Positions 8,447 to 18,576 of a DNA stretch of 64,000 bases are shown here, piece by piece. The stretch spans positions 1,312,001-1,376,000 of the forward strand of contig OY821641.1 in assembly GCA_963555995.3 (NCBI GenBank). Reading direction: 5' to 3'. Origin of the DNA: Vicinamibacteria bacterium (GTDB lineage Bacteria; Acidobacteriota; Vicinamibacteria; Marinacidobacterales; Marinacidobacteraceae). Within the stretch, counting starts at the first letter, position 1. Each line of letters opens with the position of its first letter. The notes beneath the pieces were generated by a model, which worked only from the letters and a program-made list of their open reading frames with translations, did not search any database and was not told where the DNA came from. The translations under genes and the position numbers were made by a program.

Positions 8447-11191
8447 TCACCTGTCCGGCACGGTGGACTGGCCCTCGAGCCCGTTGCGGTGCTCGTGGAT
8501 GGGGAGCCGTTCGTTGTTGTCGTCGGGGTGGCTGCGCCGGTAGTCGCCGGTGACGAACTGGGCGGCCTCGTCGGCCTTGAAGCGGAGGTAGAGCTCGCGG
8601 TGGCGGGCGGCGCGCTCGGGATCGCGGAGCCCCTGGGAGGCGAGCATCAGGTTGTAGTGGGCTTCGAGGTCCTCCGGGTCGATGGCGAGCGTCTCTTCCA
8701 GCACCGCCACCGCCTCGGCGTACTCGCGCTTCAGGAAGAGCAGCCGTCCGACCTGGTTGTTCACCACCCGGTCGCGGGGATACGTCTCCTGGACCGCCCG
8801 GAGATCGCGGAGCGCCTCGTCGTAGCGGCCGAGCGCCTTGAGCGCCATAGCCCGGAAGAAGAGGGCGCGGGGCAGCCCCGGGGCGAGCGCCAGCGCGGAA
8901 TCCGCAGCCGCGCGTGCGCCTTCCGGATCCCCCTCCCGGATCCGCACCCGGGCGAGGTTCACCGGGGCGTCGGCGTACTCCGGCGCCAGCCGGCCGACGG
9001 TGGCGAAGGCCGCTTCGGCGGCGCGGAGGTCGCCCGCGAGCAGCATCCCGATGCCGTAGTCGTTGAAGCGGAGCGCGCGGGCGAGATCGCCGGCCGCGGG
9101 CGCGGGGGCCGGGGCCGTCTCCGCCGCGACGGGAAGCCGGACCGACGCGGCGGCCATCTCCACGATGGGCACGTCGGGGACGGGGACACCGTCGTCAAAG
9201 CGCACCGCCCGGTCGTCGTAGCCCGCGGTGACCGCGCCTTCCCCGAGTTCTCCCCGGAAGGTCCACTGGGTGTGCCACCAGTCGAACTTGCGGTAGTTCA
9301 GCCGGGCGGTGAGCGTCACCGGCCCCTCCACCGCCTCAGGTACCCGCAGCCGGTAGCGCACCGTGTGGGCGGCCCCGGGCGGGATCGGGGAGACGTAGAG
9401 GAGGCTGCGCGCGGCCCAGGCGTTCCGCTTGTTGATCGGGTTGCCGCGTTCGTCGAGGAGCAGCGAGCGGAAGAAGTGCGCCGAGGGGTCCACCGGGGCG
9501 TCCGCCGCCTCGCCGGCCTCGCCAGTGAACCCGCTCCAGAAGAACGGCCGGCCGGCGGCGTCCTCGGCCTGGAACTCGAGCCAGACCTCCTGCGCGTCAA
9601 TGGTGCCGCTCGGGAAGAAGTGGCCCACGTTGCGGGTGCGCACCACGACGTCCACCCGCACCGTCTCGCCCGGGACCAGCGCCGGCAGCGCCTCGTCCAG
9701 CGGCGCGGTCAGTTCGCCGAGCGGACCCGTCCCGGCGTAGCGGGCCGTGGGTGCGGCCGCCTCTTCGCCGACCGCGAAGGTGGAGGCCAGCGCCAGCGGA
9801 TCCGGACCGCCGGCCGCCGGCCCCTCGTCCGGGCCTTCGCCGGCATCGTCACGGACGAGGCCGAAGATGTCCACGGTCACCTGTCCGGCGCGGAGGAAAT
9901 CGCGGACCGCCTGGAGCTGTTCGTCGAGCCCGAAGTGGGTCGGCAGCGCGGTGTTCGCGGTGGCGAAGCGGTGGGAGCGGATCAGGCCGCCCACGGCGGC
10001 CGGATCCTCCCCGGCCACCGGCGGCATGTGGCAGTCGGCGCAGGTCTTCGGCGACTCCGGGTAGTAGAACGAGCGGGCGCCCTCCCCGGACACGCCGCTC
10101 GCCTGCCAGTTGTCGTAGCTGTTGAAACCCCGCAGCCAGCGGTAATCGTTGACCGGCTGGTCGAGGTGCACCTTGTGGCAGGTGGAACAGAACGCCGAGC
10201 TGTCGCCGGTGTGGAGCGGCTTCAGGAACGCCTGGCGGTGGGGTTCGGGGTCGAGGTGGATGACGAGGTCGTGCAGCGTCCGGAGCAGCGGATCCTCCGA
10301 GGTGGCGAGGTCGTGCATCTCCGGGTACTCGATGACGAACCCGGCATTCCCCATCGTGTCCTTCACCCGGGTGATGGCGTGGCAGGAAACGCAGCCGAGT
10401 CCGGCGCTCGCTGAAGGACGGTCCACGATCTCGGCGAGCGGCCGGTCCATGAGCCCGCTGAAGAGGACCGCGTGGTCGTGGCAGCCAGCGCACCACTTCG
10501 AGGGGGTGACGCCGACGACGTCCTGCATGTATTCGATGGAGCGGCGGTACCAGGGGTTGTTGAAGGAGGCGAAACGGTGCGCCGACTCGCTCCACTGGTG
10601 GGTGATGTCGGCGTGGCAGCGGCCGCACGCGTCGCTGCCCAGGAAGAACTCCTCGGGGATGAGCCCACCGTGGAGCGTCTCGGCCGCCGACGGGAAGAAG
10701 GGGCCGTCCGCCCCGCCCATCGCCTCGTCGGACATGGTGGCGGGCGGCAGCCCCGCGTTCAGGAGCGGTACGGACACCGGAAGCAACGGTCGGAGGAGCG
10801 CCCCCGCCGGGATGGCGGCGGCCAGCAGCAGCGGCGCGAGCAGCATCCGCCGCCGGGCCAGGAGCCCCGCGAACCCGGCGGCGGCGGCGAGGTGGACGTA
10901 GAGGAGCGGCCGGCTGGCCGCCGTCGAGCCGACGACGGCGAGCCCCAGCCCGCTGAGCGCCAGCAGGGTTCCCGAGGCCCAGAACCAGCGCCGCAGCGGG
11001 TCGGTTCCGAGCGCCGGGCCGACCTTCTTCCATCCCCAGAGCAGCAGCTTCAGCGCCGCGATGCCGAGGACCGGGTGCAGGAGGATCTGCGCGGAGTGGA
11101 AGAGGTTCGCGCCCCGCGCGGCCAGTAGGTATCCGGAGTTGACCAGCAGCAGGGCCGCGGCGGCGACCAGGAACCGGTGGCGGAGGGTCAG
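8447..11191 (-). CDS. Membrane-anchored pentaheme cytochrome c with C-terminal TPR repeats
   Basis: Several N-terminal TM helices; 5 CxxCH (CGRCH, CAGCH, CVSCH, CSTCH, CADCH); GHFFPSGT; TPRs; start placed at CTG overlapping the upstream TGA, with GGAGGT 5 nt upstream. Confidence 0.8.
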   Translation of the reverse strand: MTLRHRFLVAAAALLLVNSGYLLAARGANLFHSAQILLHPVLGIAALKLLLWGWKKVGPALGTDPLRRWFWASGTLLALSGLGLAVVGSTAASRPLLYVHLAAAAGFAGLLARRRMLLAPLLLAAAIPAGALLRPLLPVSVPLLNAGLPPATMSDEAMGGADGPFFPSAAETLHGGLIPEEFFLGSDACGRCHADITHQWSESAHRFASFNNPWYRRSIEYMQDVVGVTPSKWCAGCHDHAVLFSGLMDRPLAEIVDRPSASAGLGCVSCHAITRVKDTMGNAGFVIEYPEMHDLATSEDPLLRTLHDLVIHLDPEPHRQAFLKPLHTGDSSAFCSTCHKVHLDQPVNDYRWLRGFNSYDNWQASGVSGEGARSFYYPESPKTCADCHMPPVAGEDPAAVGGLIRSHRFATANTALPTHFGLDEQLQAVRDFLRAGQVTVDIFGLVRDDAGEGPDEGPAAGGPDPLALASTFAVGEEAAAPTARYAGTGPLGELTAPLDEALPALVPGETVRVDVVVRTRNVGHFFPSGTIDAQEVWLEFQAEDAAGRPFFWSGFTGEAGEAADAPVDPSAHFFRSLLLDERGNPINKRNAWAARSLLYVSPIPPGAAHTVRYRLRVPEAVEGPVTLTARLNYRKFDWWHTQWTFRGELGEGAVTAGYDDRAVRFDDGVPVPDVPIVEMAAASVRLPVAAETAPAPAPAAGDLARALRFNDYGIGMLLAGDLRAAEAAFATVGRLAPEYADAPVNLARVRIREGDPEGARAAADSALALAPGLPRALFFRAMALKALGRYDEALRDLRAVQETYPRDRVVNNQVGRLLFLKREYAEAVAVLEETLAIDPEDLEAHYNLMLASQGLRDPERAARHRELYLRFKADEAAQFVTGDYRRSHPDDNNERLPIHEHRNGLEGQSTVPDR

Positions 11192-11868
11192 GACGAACCT
11201 CCGGACTCCACGCCGGCCTCGCGGAGCGCCTTCCTGGCGATCCGGGTGATGAGGATCGTGACCAGCACGAACGCGGCGAGCCCGACGATCCGCAGCCCGG
11301 CTTCGAGCGGATCCGATTCGCCGGAGACGGCGCGGGCGACGCTGCTCCCGAGATAGATGTAGAGGAGCGTTCCCGGGAGGATCCCGGTGGCCGAGGCCGC
11401 CAGGTAGCCGAGGAAGGAGACCCCGGTGAGGCCGTAGGCGTAGTTCAGCACCGTGAACGGGAAGACGGGCGTCAGCCGGGTGAGGAAGACGATCTTCCAG
11501 CCCTCGGCGGCCACCGCGCGGTCCACCGCGGCGAAGGAGGGTTTCCCGGCGAGCCAGCCGGTCACCCGTTCGCGGGCGAGCCGCCGGGCGGCGAGGAAGG
11601 CGAGCGCCAGCCCGGCGGTCGCTCCGAGCCAGACCGCGGCGGTCCCGGCGCCGAATCCGAAGGCGCCGCCCGCGATCAGGGTGAGCGCCGACCCCGGGAC
11701 CGCGAACACGGTGGCGACGGCGTAGAGCGCCGCGAAGACCAGGAGTCCCGCGGTTCCCTGACCCCGCGCCCACTCGGCGCCCGCCTCGATCCAGTCCCCG
11801 ATGGGGAAGATCACCACGAGGGCGACGATCAGGACGAGAACGGCGCCCAGCTTCAGGGTCTTGTTCAC
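11188..11868 (-). CDS. TVP38/TMEM64 (DedA/VTT) membrane protein
   Basis: VPGSALTLIAGGAFG, RLTPVFPFTVLNYAYGLT, GILPGT; GTG start overlaps upstream TGA. Confidence 0.92.
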   Translation of the reverse strand: MNKTLKLGAVLVLIVALVVIFPIGDWIEAGAEWARGQGTAGLLVFAALYAVATVFAVPGSALTLIAGGAFGFGAGTAAVWLGATAGLALAFLAARRLARERVTGWLAGKPSFAAVDRAVAAEGWKIVFLTRLTPVFPFTVLNYAYGLTGVSFLGYLAASATGILPGTLLYIYLGSSVARAVSGESDPLEAGLRIVGLAAFVLVTILITRIARKALREAGVESGGSS

Positions 11869-13325
11869 CGCCGCCTCCGGTAGAGCCACTCGAAGATCGC
11901 CTTCGCCCGCGGGGTGAGCCGGGTGCGCTGGTAGGCGTCCGCCACCCGCTGCGCCGCCTGCGCCCAGGTGGGGTAGCCGTGGATCGTCGAGGAGAGCGAC
12001 GCCAGTCCGACCCCGTGCTTCGCGGCGACCATGATCTCGTGGAGGATCTCTCCCGCCCGCGGCGCCACCACGGTGGCCCCGAGGATCGTGTCCTTCCCTT
12101 TCCGGGTGAGGACCTTCACGAAGCCCCGGGTACTGGCCTCGGTGATCGCGCGGTCAAGGTCGTCGTTCGCGTGCCGGTGGACATCCACCGGGATGTTCTG
12201 CGCCTCCGCGTCCTCCTCCCGGAGCCCGAAGTGGGCGACCTCGGGGTCCACGTAGGTGACCCAGGGCACGTACCGGTAGTCCGCCTTCGCGCGGGGCAGG
12301 GGGGGCGGCAGCAGGATGTTCCGCACCACCAGCCGCGCCTGGTAGTCGGCGGTGTGGGTGAACCGGTAGGGTCCGGCCACGTCGCCGCACGCGTAGATGT
12401 GGCCGACGTTCGTGCGGAGCGCGCCGTCCACCGGCACGCCGCCGCGCGCGTCGTACTCCACGCCGGCCGCTTCGAGGCCGAGATCCTCGACGTTCGGGGA
12501 CCTTCCGGTGGCCACCAGGAGTCGCGAGGCGGTCACCGCGTGCGCCCCGCCGTCACCGCCGATCCGGGCGGTGATCCCGCCGTTCGGCTCCGGGCGGAAG
12601 GCTTCGACGCGGCAGTCGGTGACGACCTCGATCCCCTCGGCCGCGAAAGCTTCGTGGACCACCGCCGAGGCCTCGGCATCGTCCCGGGGAAGGAGCCGGC
12701 TCACGTCGGTGAGGATCGTCACCCGAACCCCGAGCCGGCTCATGACCTGGCCGAGCTCGCACCCGATGGGGCCGCCTCCGAGCACGATCAGCGACTCGGG
12801 AGGCGTCTCCTGCTCGTCGAAGAACGTCTCGTTCGTGAAGTAGGGCGCCTCGGCGATGCCCGGAATGGGAGGGACGAGCGGCCGGGTTCCGGTGGCGATC
12901 ACGAAGTGGGCGCCCTCGAGCCGCGTTCCGTCGTCGAGTTCCACCGCGTGCGGGCTGACGAACCGGGCGCGGGCCTTGAAGACGTCCACCCCGAGCCCCG
13001 TGAACCGCTCCACGGAATCGTTGGGGGCGATCCGGGCGCGCCGCTCGCGCATGTGCTCGAAGACCCGCTGGAACCGGAAACGCGGCTCCGTCGCATCGAG
13101 TCCGTGGGCTTCGGCGTCGCGGATGCTCTGGATCAGTTTCGAGGTGGAAACGAGCGCCTTGGAGGGCACGCACCCGGTATTGAGACAATCGCCCCCCATT
13201 TTGGCGGCCTCCACCAACGCGACCCGACCCCCGAGCCCCGCGGTGCCCGCCGCCGTCACGAGGCCCGCGGTCCCCGCCCCGATGACGACCACGTTGTAGC
13301 GGCCCTCGCCGCGCGCACTCCCCAT
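11865..13325 (-). CDS. Pyridine nucleotide-disulfide oxidoreductase (MerA/Lpd-like)
   Basis: GAGTAG FAD motif, GGDCLNTGCVPSK redox disulfide, GGGPIG, IHGYPT; no C-terminal CC pair. Confidence 0.9.
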   Translation of the reverse strand: MGSARGEGRYNVVVIGAGTAGLVTAAGTAGLGGRVALVEAAKMGGDCLNTGCVPSKALVSTSKLIQSIRDAEAHGLDATEPRFRFQRVFEHMRERRARIAPNDSVERFTGLGVDVFKARARFVSPHAVELDDGTRLEGAHFVIATGTRPLVPPIPGIAEAPYFTNETFFDEQETPPESLIVLGGGPIGCELGQVMSRLGVRVTILTDVSRLLPRDDAEASAVVHEAFAAEGIEVVTDCRVEAFRPEPNGGITARIGGDGGAHAVTASRLLVATGRSPNVEDLGLEAAGVEYDARGGVPVDGALRTNVGHIYACGDVAGPYRFTHTADYQARLVVRNILLPPPLPRAKADYRYVPWVTYVDPEVAHFGLREEDAEAQNIPVDVHRHANDDLDRAITEASTRGFVKVLTRKGKDTILGATVVAPRAGEILHEIMVAAKHGVGLASLSSTIHGYPTWAQAAQRVADAYQRTRLTPRAKAIFEWLYRRRR

Positions 13326-13998
13326 GGCTCGAACGGAACTCTATTCCGGTCGCCGGGTGCTCGGCCTCGACGAGGCGGGACGCGGCGCCGCGCTCGGGCC
13401 GATGGTGGTCGCCGGGGTGGTGCTGGACCCCCTGAAGGCAGGCGCCCTCACCCGGCTGGGCGTGCGCGACTCCAAGCAGTTCGGCGCGGGGGAGGCCGCG
13501 CGTACCCACCGCCGGGCGCTCACCGCGCACATCGAGCGGCTCGCGGAGGAGATCGTGACCCGGGTGCTGGACGCCGCCGAGGTGGACCGCTACGCCGAAG
13601 CCGGCGACCTCAACGTGCTCGAACGCCGCGCCGCCGACGAGATCCTGCGCGAAGCCGGCCCGGTCCGCCGGGTGGTGGCCGATGGCCATCGCCTGTTCGC
13701 GGCTCTCCGCCAGCGCTATCCCCACCTGGAGGCGGTGGACGACGGCGAGTCGCACCACGTCGCCGTCGCCGCCGCCAGCGTGATCGCGAAGGATCGCCGC
13801 GACGCGCTCCTCGAAACCCTCATGGCCCCCTACGCGCCCGACTACGGCGCAGTGAAGGGCGGCGGCTACGTCAACGCGGCCACCGAGCACTTCCTCCGCG
13901 CCCACCACGAACGCACCGGGAAGCTCCCCCCCGAGACCCGCCTGAGCTGGAACTGGGACGTCATCCGCGAACTCCGCGGCGCCCCGAAGCTGTTCTGA
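13324..13998 (+). CDS. rnhB: Ribonuclease HII
   Basis: GLDEAGRG..LGPMVV, VRDSK, VAAASVIAK. Confidence 0.9.
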   Translation: MARTELYSGRRVLGLDEAGRGAALGPMVVAGVVLDPLKAGALTRLGVRDSKQFGAGEAARTHRRALTAHIERLAEEIVTRVLDAAEVDRYAEAGDLNVLERRAADEILREAGPVRRVVADGHRLFAALRQRYPHLEAVDDGESHHVAVAAASVIAKDRRDALLETLMAPYAPDYGAVKGGGYVNAATEHFLRAHHERTGKLPPETRLSWNWDVIRELRGAPKLF

Positions 13999-14053
13999 GG
14001 CGACCCTGTCCCGGGACGCGCCGCGTCACTCCCGCTCGTTGCGCCGCCGGCTT

Positions 14054-14260
14054 GGAACGCCGGTCTCCGACCGGCACGCGCGGTGCTCCGCACCGCGCAC
14101 GTCGCAACCCCATTCGGAAAGGTCGGTTCCCGCCTCGGCGCGCCGTTGATCCACGGAGATGGCGTCGCCGGCCTGGAACGCCGACCTCCGGTCGGCATCG
14201 CGGGCCGGAGCCCCGCAGACGACGTGCCGCTATCCGCCTTGAGCGACAGACCGGCGTTCC
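14054..14260. repeat. Cluster of REP-like palindromes (14054-14076, 14175-14197, inverted half copy 14249-14260)
   Basis: ggaacgccggtctccgaccggca plus downstream cgcgcggtgctccgcaccgcgcac unit shared with 51300 and 60633. Confidence 0.8.
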
Positions 14261-14275
14261 AAACCGGCGGCGCCA

Positions 14276-14896
14276 TCACGGCTGTCTGCCGACGCGCGCC
14301 GCCAGCGCGCGGATGTGCTCCCGCGCGGCGGGTTCCAGCGTGCGGTTGTAGAGGATCGCGGCCGGGTGGTAAAGGGTCACGAACTCGTGCTCGGGCCACG
14401 CCGGGAGGCGGAAGAAGCGGCCCACCCGGGCGCCGAGCGGGCCCTTCGCCCGTTCCGGAGCGAAGCGCCGGAGCGCGGTCGCCCCCATCAGGGCGATCAC
14501 GCGGGCGGGGGAGAGGGCGAGTTGGCGTTCGAGGAACGGCCGGCAGGCCGCCGCTTCCTCCGCACGGGGAGCGCGGTTGTCCGGCGGCCGGCACTTGACC
14601 ACGTTCACGATCAGCAGGTGCTCGTCGGTCGAGAGTCCGGCGGCGGCGAAGAGCGCGTCCAGCATCTTGCCGGCGCGTCCGCAGAACGCTACCCCCGCCT
14701 TGTCCTCCTCCGCCCCCGGTGCTTCCCCGATCGCGAGGATCGCGGCGTCCGGATTCCCGCGGTCCACCACGATGTGTGTCCGGTGCTCCGCCAGTGCGCA
14801 GCGCGTGCAGGCGCTCTCGCGGAGCCGCTTGCGGAACTCCGGATACCGTTCGGCCGCCATCACCGCGCGGAGCGGGTCCATCCCCGGCCCGGGCAC
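14276..14896 (-). CDS. Uracil-DNA glycosylase family 4 (4Fe-4S)
   Basis: CTRC, IGEAPGAEED, NVVKCRPP.NR.P, YHPAAILYN. Confidence 0.92.
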   Translation of the reverse strand: MPGPGMDPLRAVMAAERYPEFRKRLRESACTRCALAEHRTHIVVDRGNPDAAILAIGEAPGAEEDKAGVAFCGRAGKMLDALFAAAGLSTDEHLLIVNVVKCRPPDNRAPRAEEAAACRPFLERQLALSPARVIALMGATALRRFAPERAKGPLGARVGRFFRLPAWPEHEFVTLYHPAAILYNRTLEPAAREHIRALAARVGRQP

Positions 14897-14900
14897 CGGG

Positions 14901-16472
14901 TCAGCCGCCCCGGTGCTCGCCGAAGACCGCCCGCAGCGCGTCGCTGATCTCGCCCACGGTGGCCAGCGCGGAGACGGCGCCCAGGATCGCCGGCATCAGG
15001 TTGCCGCCGCCCGACGCCACCCGGCCCACCTCGGCCAGCGCGGCGGCGGCCCGCGCTCCATCGCGCCGGGCGCGCAGCGCGCGGACGCGCTCCACCTGGG
15101 CGGCCTCCGTTTCCGCGTCCAGTTCGAACGGTTCGACGCGGCTTCGGTCTCCCTCCCGCCGGAACCGGTTCACCCCGACGACGACCTCGTCGCCGGCCTC
15201 CACGTCCTGCTGGTAGGCGTAGGCCGCCTCCTGGATGCGGGCCTGCACGAAGCCCGCCCGGATGGCCTCCACGGCGCCGCCGAGCCGGTCCACCCGCTCG
15301 ATCCACTCCACGGCTTCGGTTTCGATCCGGTCGGTGAGCGCCTCGATGGCCCAAGAGCCGCCGAGCGGATCCACGGTAGCCGCCACCCCGCTCTCGAAGG
15401 CGATCACCTGCTGTGTGCGCAGCGCCAGTTCGGCCGTCTCCTCGGTCGGGAGCCCGAGCGCCTCGTCGAGCGCGTTGGTGTGGAGCGACTGGGTCCCGCC
15501 GAGCACCGCCGCGAGCGCCTCCAGCGTGGTGCGCACCACGTTCACCTGCGGTTCGAGGGCGGTGAGGGTGGATCCCGCGGTCTGGGTGTGGAACCGGAGC
15601 ATCTGCGCCCTCGGGCTCTCGGAGCCGAACCGGTCCCGCAGCAGCTTCGCCCACAGGCGGCGGGCGGCGCGGAACTTGGCCACCTCCTCGAGGAAATCCC
15701 GATGGGCGTTGAAGAAGAACGACACCCGGGTCGCCACCTCGTCCACCGGCAGCCCCCGCGCGACCGTCCACTCGACGTAGGCGAGGCCGTTCGCGAGGGT
15801 GAACCCCACCTCCTGGGCCGCGGTGCAGCCCGCCTCGCGCATGTGGTAGCCGCTGACGCTTACCGGCTGGAACCGCGGCAGCTCGCGCCGGCACCACTCG
15901 ATGAGGTCGGTGGCGAGCCGCATGGACGGCTCGGGCGGGTAGATCCACGTCCCGCGCGCCGCGTACTCCTTGAGGATGTCGTTCTGGACCGTTCCCGCGA
16001 TCTTCTCCGGCGCGGCCCCCTGACCCCGCGCCGCCGCCACGTAGAGCGCCACCAGGATCGGCGCCGTGGCGTTGATCGTCATGGAGGTCGAAACGCTGTC
16101 GAGGGTGATCCCGCGGAACAGCGTTTCCATGTCCTCGAGGGAATCAATGGCGACCCCGACCCGGCCCACTTCGCCGGCGGCCAGCGCGTGGTCGGAGTCG
16201 TAGCCGATCTGGGTCGGAAGGTCGAAGGCGACCGAAAGACCCGTCTGTCCGCTCTCCAGCAAGCGCCGGTAGCGGCGGTTGGACTCGGCGGCGGTGGCGT
16301 AGCCCGCGTACTGCCGCATGGTCCAGAGCCGTTCCCGATAGCCGGCGGCCCGGATGCCGCGGGTGAAGGGCGCTTCGCCCGGCCTGCCGGCCTTCGTCCC
16401 CGCGTCCGGCGCGTCGTCCGGGCCGTAGAGCGGCCGCAGGGGGCGGCGGGACCGGTCGGGCCGCGAAGTCAC
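14901..16472 (-). CDS. Methylmalonyl-CoA mutase family, catalytic (N-terminal) subunit
   Basis: [49 protein letters not shown]; no B12-binding domain; GTGA overlap start. Confidence 0.92.
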   Translation of the reverse strand: MTSRPDRSRRPLRPLYGPDDAPDAGTKAGRPGEAPFTRGIRAAGYRERLWTMRQYAGYATAAESNRRYRRLLESGQTGLSVAFDLPTQIGYDSDHALAAGEVGRVGVAIDSLEDMETLFRGITLDSVSTSMTINATAPILVALYVAAARGQGAAPEKIAGTVQNDILKEYAARGTWIYPPEPSMRLATDLIEWCRRELPRFQPVSVSGYHMREAGCTAAQEVGFTLANGLAYVEWTVARGLPVDEVATRVSFFFNAHRDFLEEVAKFRAARRLWAKLLRDRFGSESPRAQMLRFHTQTAGSTLTALEPQVNVVRTTLEALAAVLGGTQSLHTNALDEALGLPTEETAELALRTQQVIAFESGVAATVDPLGGSWAIEALTDRIETEAVEWIERVDRLGGAVEAIRAGFVQARIQEAAYAYQQDVEAGDEVVVGVNRFRREGDRSRVEPFELDAETEAAQVERVRALRARRDGARAAAALAEVGRVASGGGNLMPAILGAVSALATVGEISDALRAVFGEHRGG

Positions 16473-16915
16473 CGAGCCGGGTCTGACTCCGGGGCGCAGG
16501 CGAATTCGCAGACCAGTACCTGGTTGCCCCAGATTTCCGAACGCGACTGGTCGAGGGGACAGAGCTGGGTGAGCTCCTCCTCGAAGAAGAGCGGGCACTC
16601 CTCGGTCAGCGTCGGACGAAGGTCCTCCGGCCGGGCGATGGTCATTTCCAGCCGGCGGTTCACCGGTGTCCAGCCTTCCGCCTCGCCCACCGCCTTCAGG
16701 TCGCGGAGGAGCTGCTCGATCTGGCGGCGGGCGGTGGACAGCGGAACCTCGCGCTCCTGGACCCCGGCGAGGATGTCCCGGGCCCGTTCGCGCAGTTCGC
16801 TCACGGACGCCGCGGCCGAAGCGGGCCCGGCCTGGTCTTCGGCGGTCGGGCCGGCCGCAGCGAGCCCGAGCGCCGAACCGAGCGCGATGGCGGTCAGGAC
16901 GCGCAGGCGGCTCAT
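16469..16915 (-). CDS. Hypothetical secreted protein with four C-terminal Cys
   Basis: ATGA and GTGA overlaps at both ends; signal peptide [21 protein letters not shown]. Confidence 0.65.
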   Translation of the reverse strand: MSRLRVLTAIALGSALGLAAAGPTAEDQAGPASAAASVSELRERARDILAGVQEREVPLSTARRQIEQLLRDLKAVGEAEGWTPVNRRLEMTIARPEDLRPTLTEECPLFFEEELTQLCPLDQSRSEIWGNQVLVCEFACAPESDPAR

Positions 16916-17877
16916 GTCTTGCGGCCCAGTTGCTGCTGAGGCTGCGAGGACGGGGGGTTCCACAGACCCTCGTCCCCGATCCGCGCGGCGAGCCAGGAGC
17001 GAAGCGGGACGTCTTCCGGTTGCGGCTGATACCAGCCGACCTCCGTCGAGCCATCCCCGAGGAGTTGCCGGAGCACCGGATCGCAGCGCTCGAGCAGCGC
17101 CGCCGGCATGGCCGTGTAGTCGAGCGGGCGCAGCCAGCGGTAGCTGTAGCCGAAGAAGAGCGCCTTGCGCACCACGCCGGAGGTGTTCTTGCCGTGCCGG
17201 TGCCAGAGCCGGCGGTCGAAGATCACCGCGTCGCCGGGGGAGGCTTCGAGGAGCAGCCTGCCGTCCCAGTCCGGGTCGTCGCACTCGGGAGGGGGGGCGT
17301 CGAGCCGGTGGCTCCCGGGGATCACTTCCATGGCGCCGCGGTCCGGGCCGCGGGTGTCGGTGAGCCAGTAGCCGACCTTCACCGACAGCCGGGGGGCCGG
17401 CCGCTCCAGCTCGAGGACCGGGCGGCCGCTGTCCTGGTGCCAGACGGGCGCCCGGCACTGCTGGCCGCCCCAGGTCTCCGGCGGGTACACCACCAGATGC
17501 GAGATGTAGAGCTGGATGTTCCAGCCCAGGATGTCCCAGACCTTGGGGAAGGTCCGGGCCCACGCCACCAGCTCGAGGAACGCCGGGTCGAAGCGGATGA
17601 CCGAGAAGCGGGACATCATGTCGCCGGGAGCAAGGTCCAGGCGCCGCCGCTCGCGTTCGTCGAGGCGGTCCACCGCTTCGAGGAGACGGGTCAGGGCGTC
17701 CGGGTCGAGCGCTCCGGGAACGACGAGATAGCCGTCGCGCTGGAAGGCCGCCAGTTCGCGCGGCGTGATGGCGTGGCGCAGATGCGCCTCGGTGAGGGCC
17801 TCGAAGGACGACCCGTCCACCGGAAAACGGATCGTGGACTCGGCCGTTTCGACCGGCGGAGCGACGAGTTTTCCCAC
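16912..17877 (-). CDS. Phytanoyl-CoA dioxygenase (PhyH) family Fe(II)/2OG enzyme
   Basis: [36 protein letters not shown]; start uncertain (17877 or 17820). Confidence 0.85.
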   Translation of the reverse strand: MGKLVAPPVETAESTIRFPVDGSSFEALTEAHLRHAITPRELAAFQRDGYLVVPGALDPDALTRLLEAVDRLDERERRRLDLAPGDMMSRFSVIRFDPAFLELVAWARTFPKVWDILGWNIQLYISHLVVYPPETWGGQQCRAPVWHQDSGRPVLELERPAPRLSVKVGYWLTDTRGPDRGAMEVIPGSHRLDAPPPECDDPDWDGRLLLEASPGDAVIFDRRLWHRHGKNTSGVVRKALFFGYSYRWLRPLDYTAMPAALLERCDPVLRQLLGDGSTEVGWYQPQPEDVPLRSWLAARIGDEGLWNPPSSQPQQQLGRKT

Positions 17878-17927
17878 AGTTTCCGAGGGACTCGGGGTAC
17901 GAAGGAACCCCGGTGATTCCCGGCCGT

Positions 17928-17933
17928 TAGTAT
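17928..17933 (+). promoter_or_regulatory. Putative -10 box of a leaderless transcript
   Basis: TAGTAT, then 7 nt, then GTG start at 17941; no SD. Confidence 0.45.
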
Positions 17934-17940
17934 TGTCCAA

Positions 17941-18576
17941 GTGAGTCGCGGGCGTCTTTATCTGGTTTTCGTCTTCGCCTGGGCGGCGTTCCTGGCGCTG
18001 GGCGCCAGCATCTATCTCGGCCCCTACTTCGCGGCGTGGCAGATCCGCGAGGCGGTGGGCGCCGGGGACGCGGACACCCTCCACGACTTCGTGGATTTCG
18101 AAGCGGTTCGCGAAAACCTGAAGAGCGAACTGCGCCGCACGGTGGGTGCGTCCCGGCGGGCCCGGGATCGGCAGGACGCCGCGTCGGGAGACGGGGGATC
18201 CAGTGCCTCCGACGCCGAGTCCGACCTCGGCGCCGAACTCGCGGTCGCGGTCGGCGAGGCGATGATTGACCGTTTCGCGACGCCGGAGGGCGTGGACCGG
18301 GCTCTCCGGGACGGCCCGACGGTCGCCAAGGGTTGGTCCGCCTTCCTGGACCTCGGCGGAGAGTCGGGCGAGGCGGTCGAAGGGGCGGGCGGGGTGTCGG
18401 TGAGCGCCGAGTACGAGGGATGGAACGATTTCGTCGTCCGGCTGGGCGTCGAGCGGGACCCGCCCGAAGAGGATCCGCTCTGGGCCGACATCCTGTTCGA
18501 GCGCCGGGGCATCTGGGCCTGGCGCGTCACCGGCGCCCGGGTGAGCCCGGACGCGATCCCGTTGCTCACGCGTTAG
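17941..18576 (+). CDS. DUF2939 domain membrane protein
   Basis: TM helix then GPYFAAWQIREAV..GDADTL..FVDFEAVRENLK; W.WRVTG end. Confidence 0.75.
   Translation: MSRGRLYLVFVFAWAAFLALGASIYLGPYFAAWQIREAVGAGDADTLHDFVDFEAVRENLKSELRRTVGASRRARDRQDAASGDGGSSASDAESDLGAELAVAVGEAMIDRFATPEGVDRALRDGPTVAKGWSAFLDLGGESGEAVEGAGGVSVSAEYEGWNDFVVRLGVERDPPEEDPLWADILFERRGIWAWRVTGARVSPDAIPLLTR

Noticed and set aside
11865-13325. Mercuric reductase merA
   Set aside because: No C-terminal Cys-Cys pair, no NmerA domain and no mer genes nearby
14054-14260. REP clusters as a CRISPR array
   Set aside because: Copies are inverted, irregularly spaced and dispersed; no cas genes in the window
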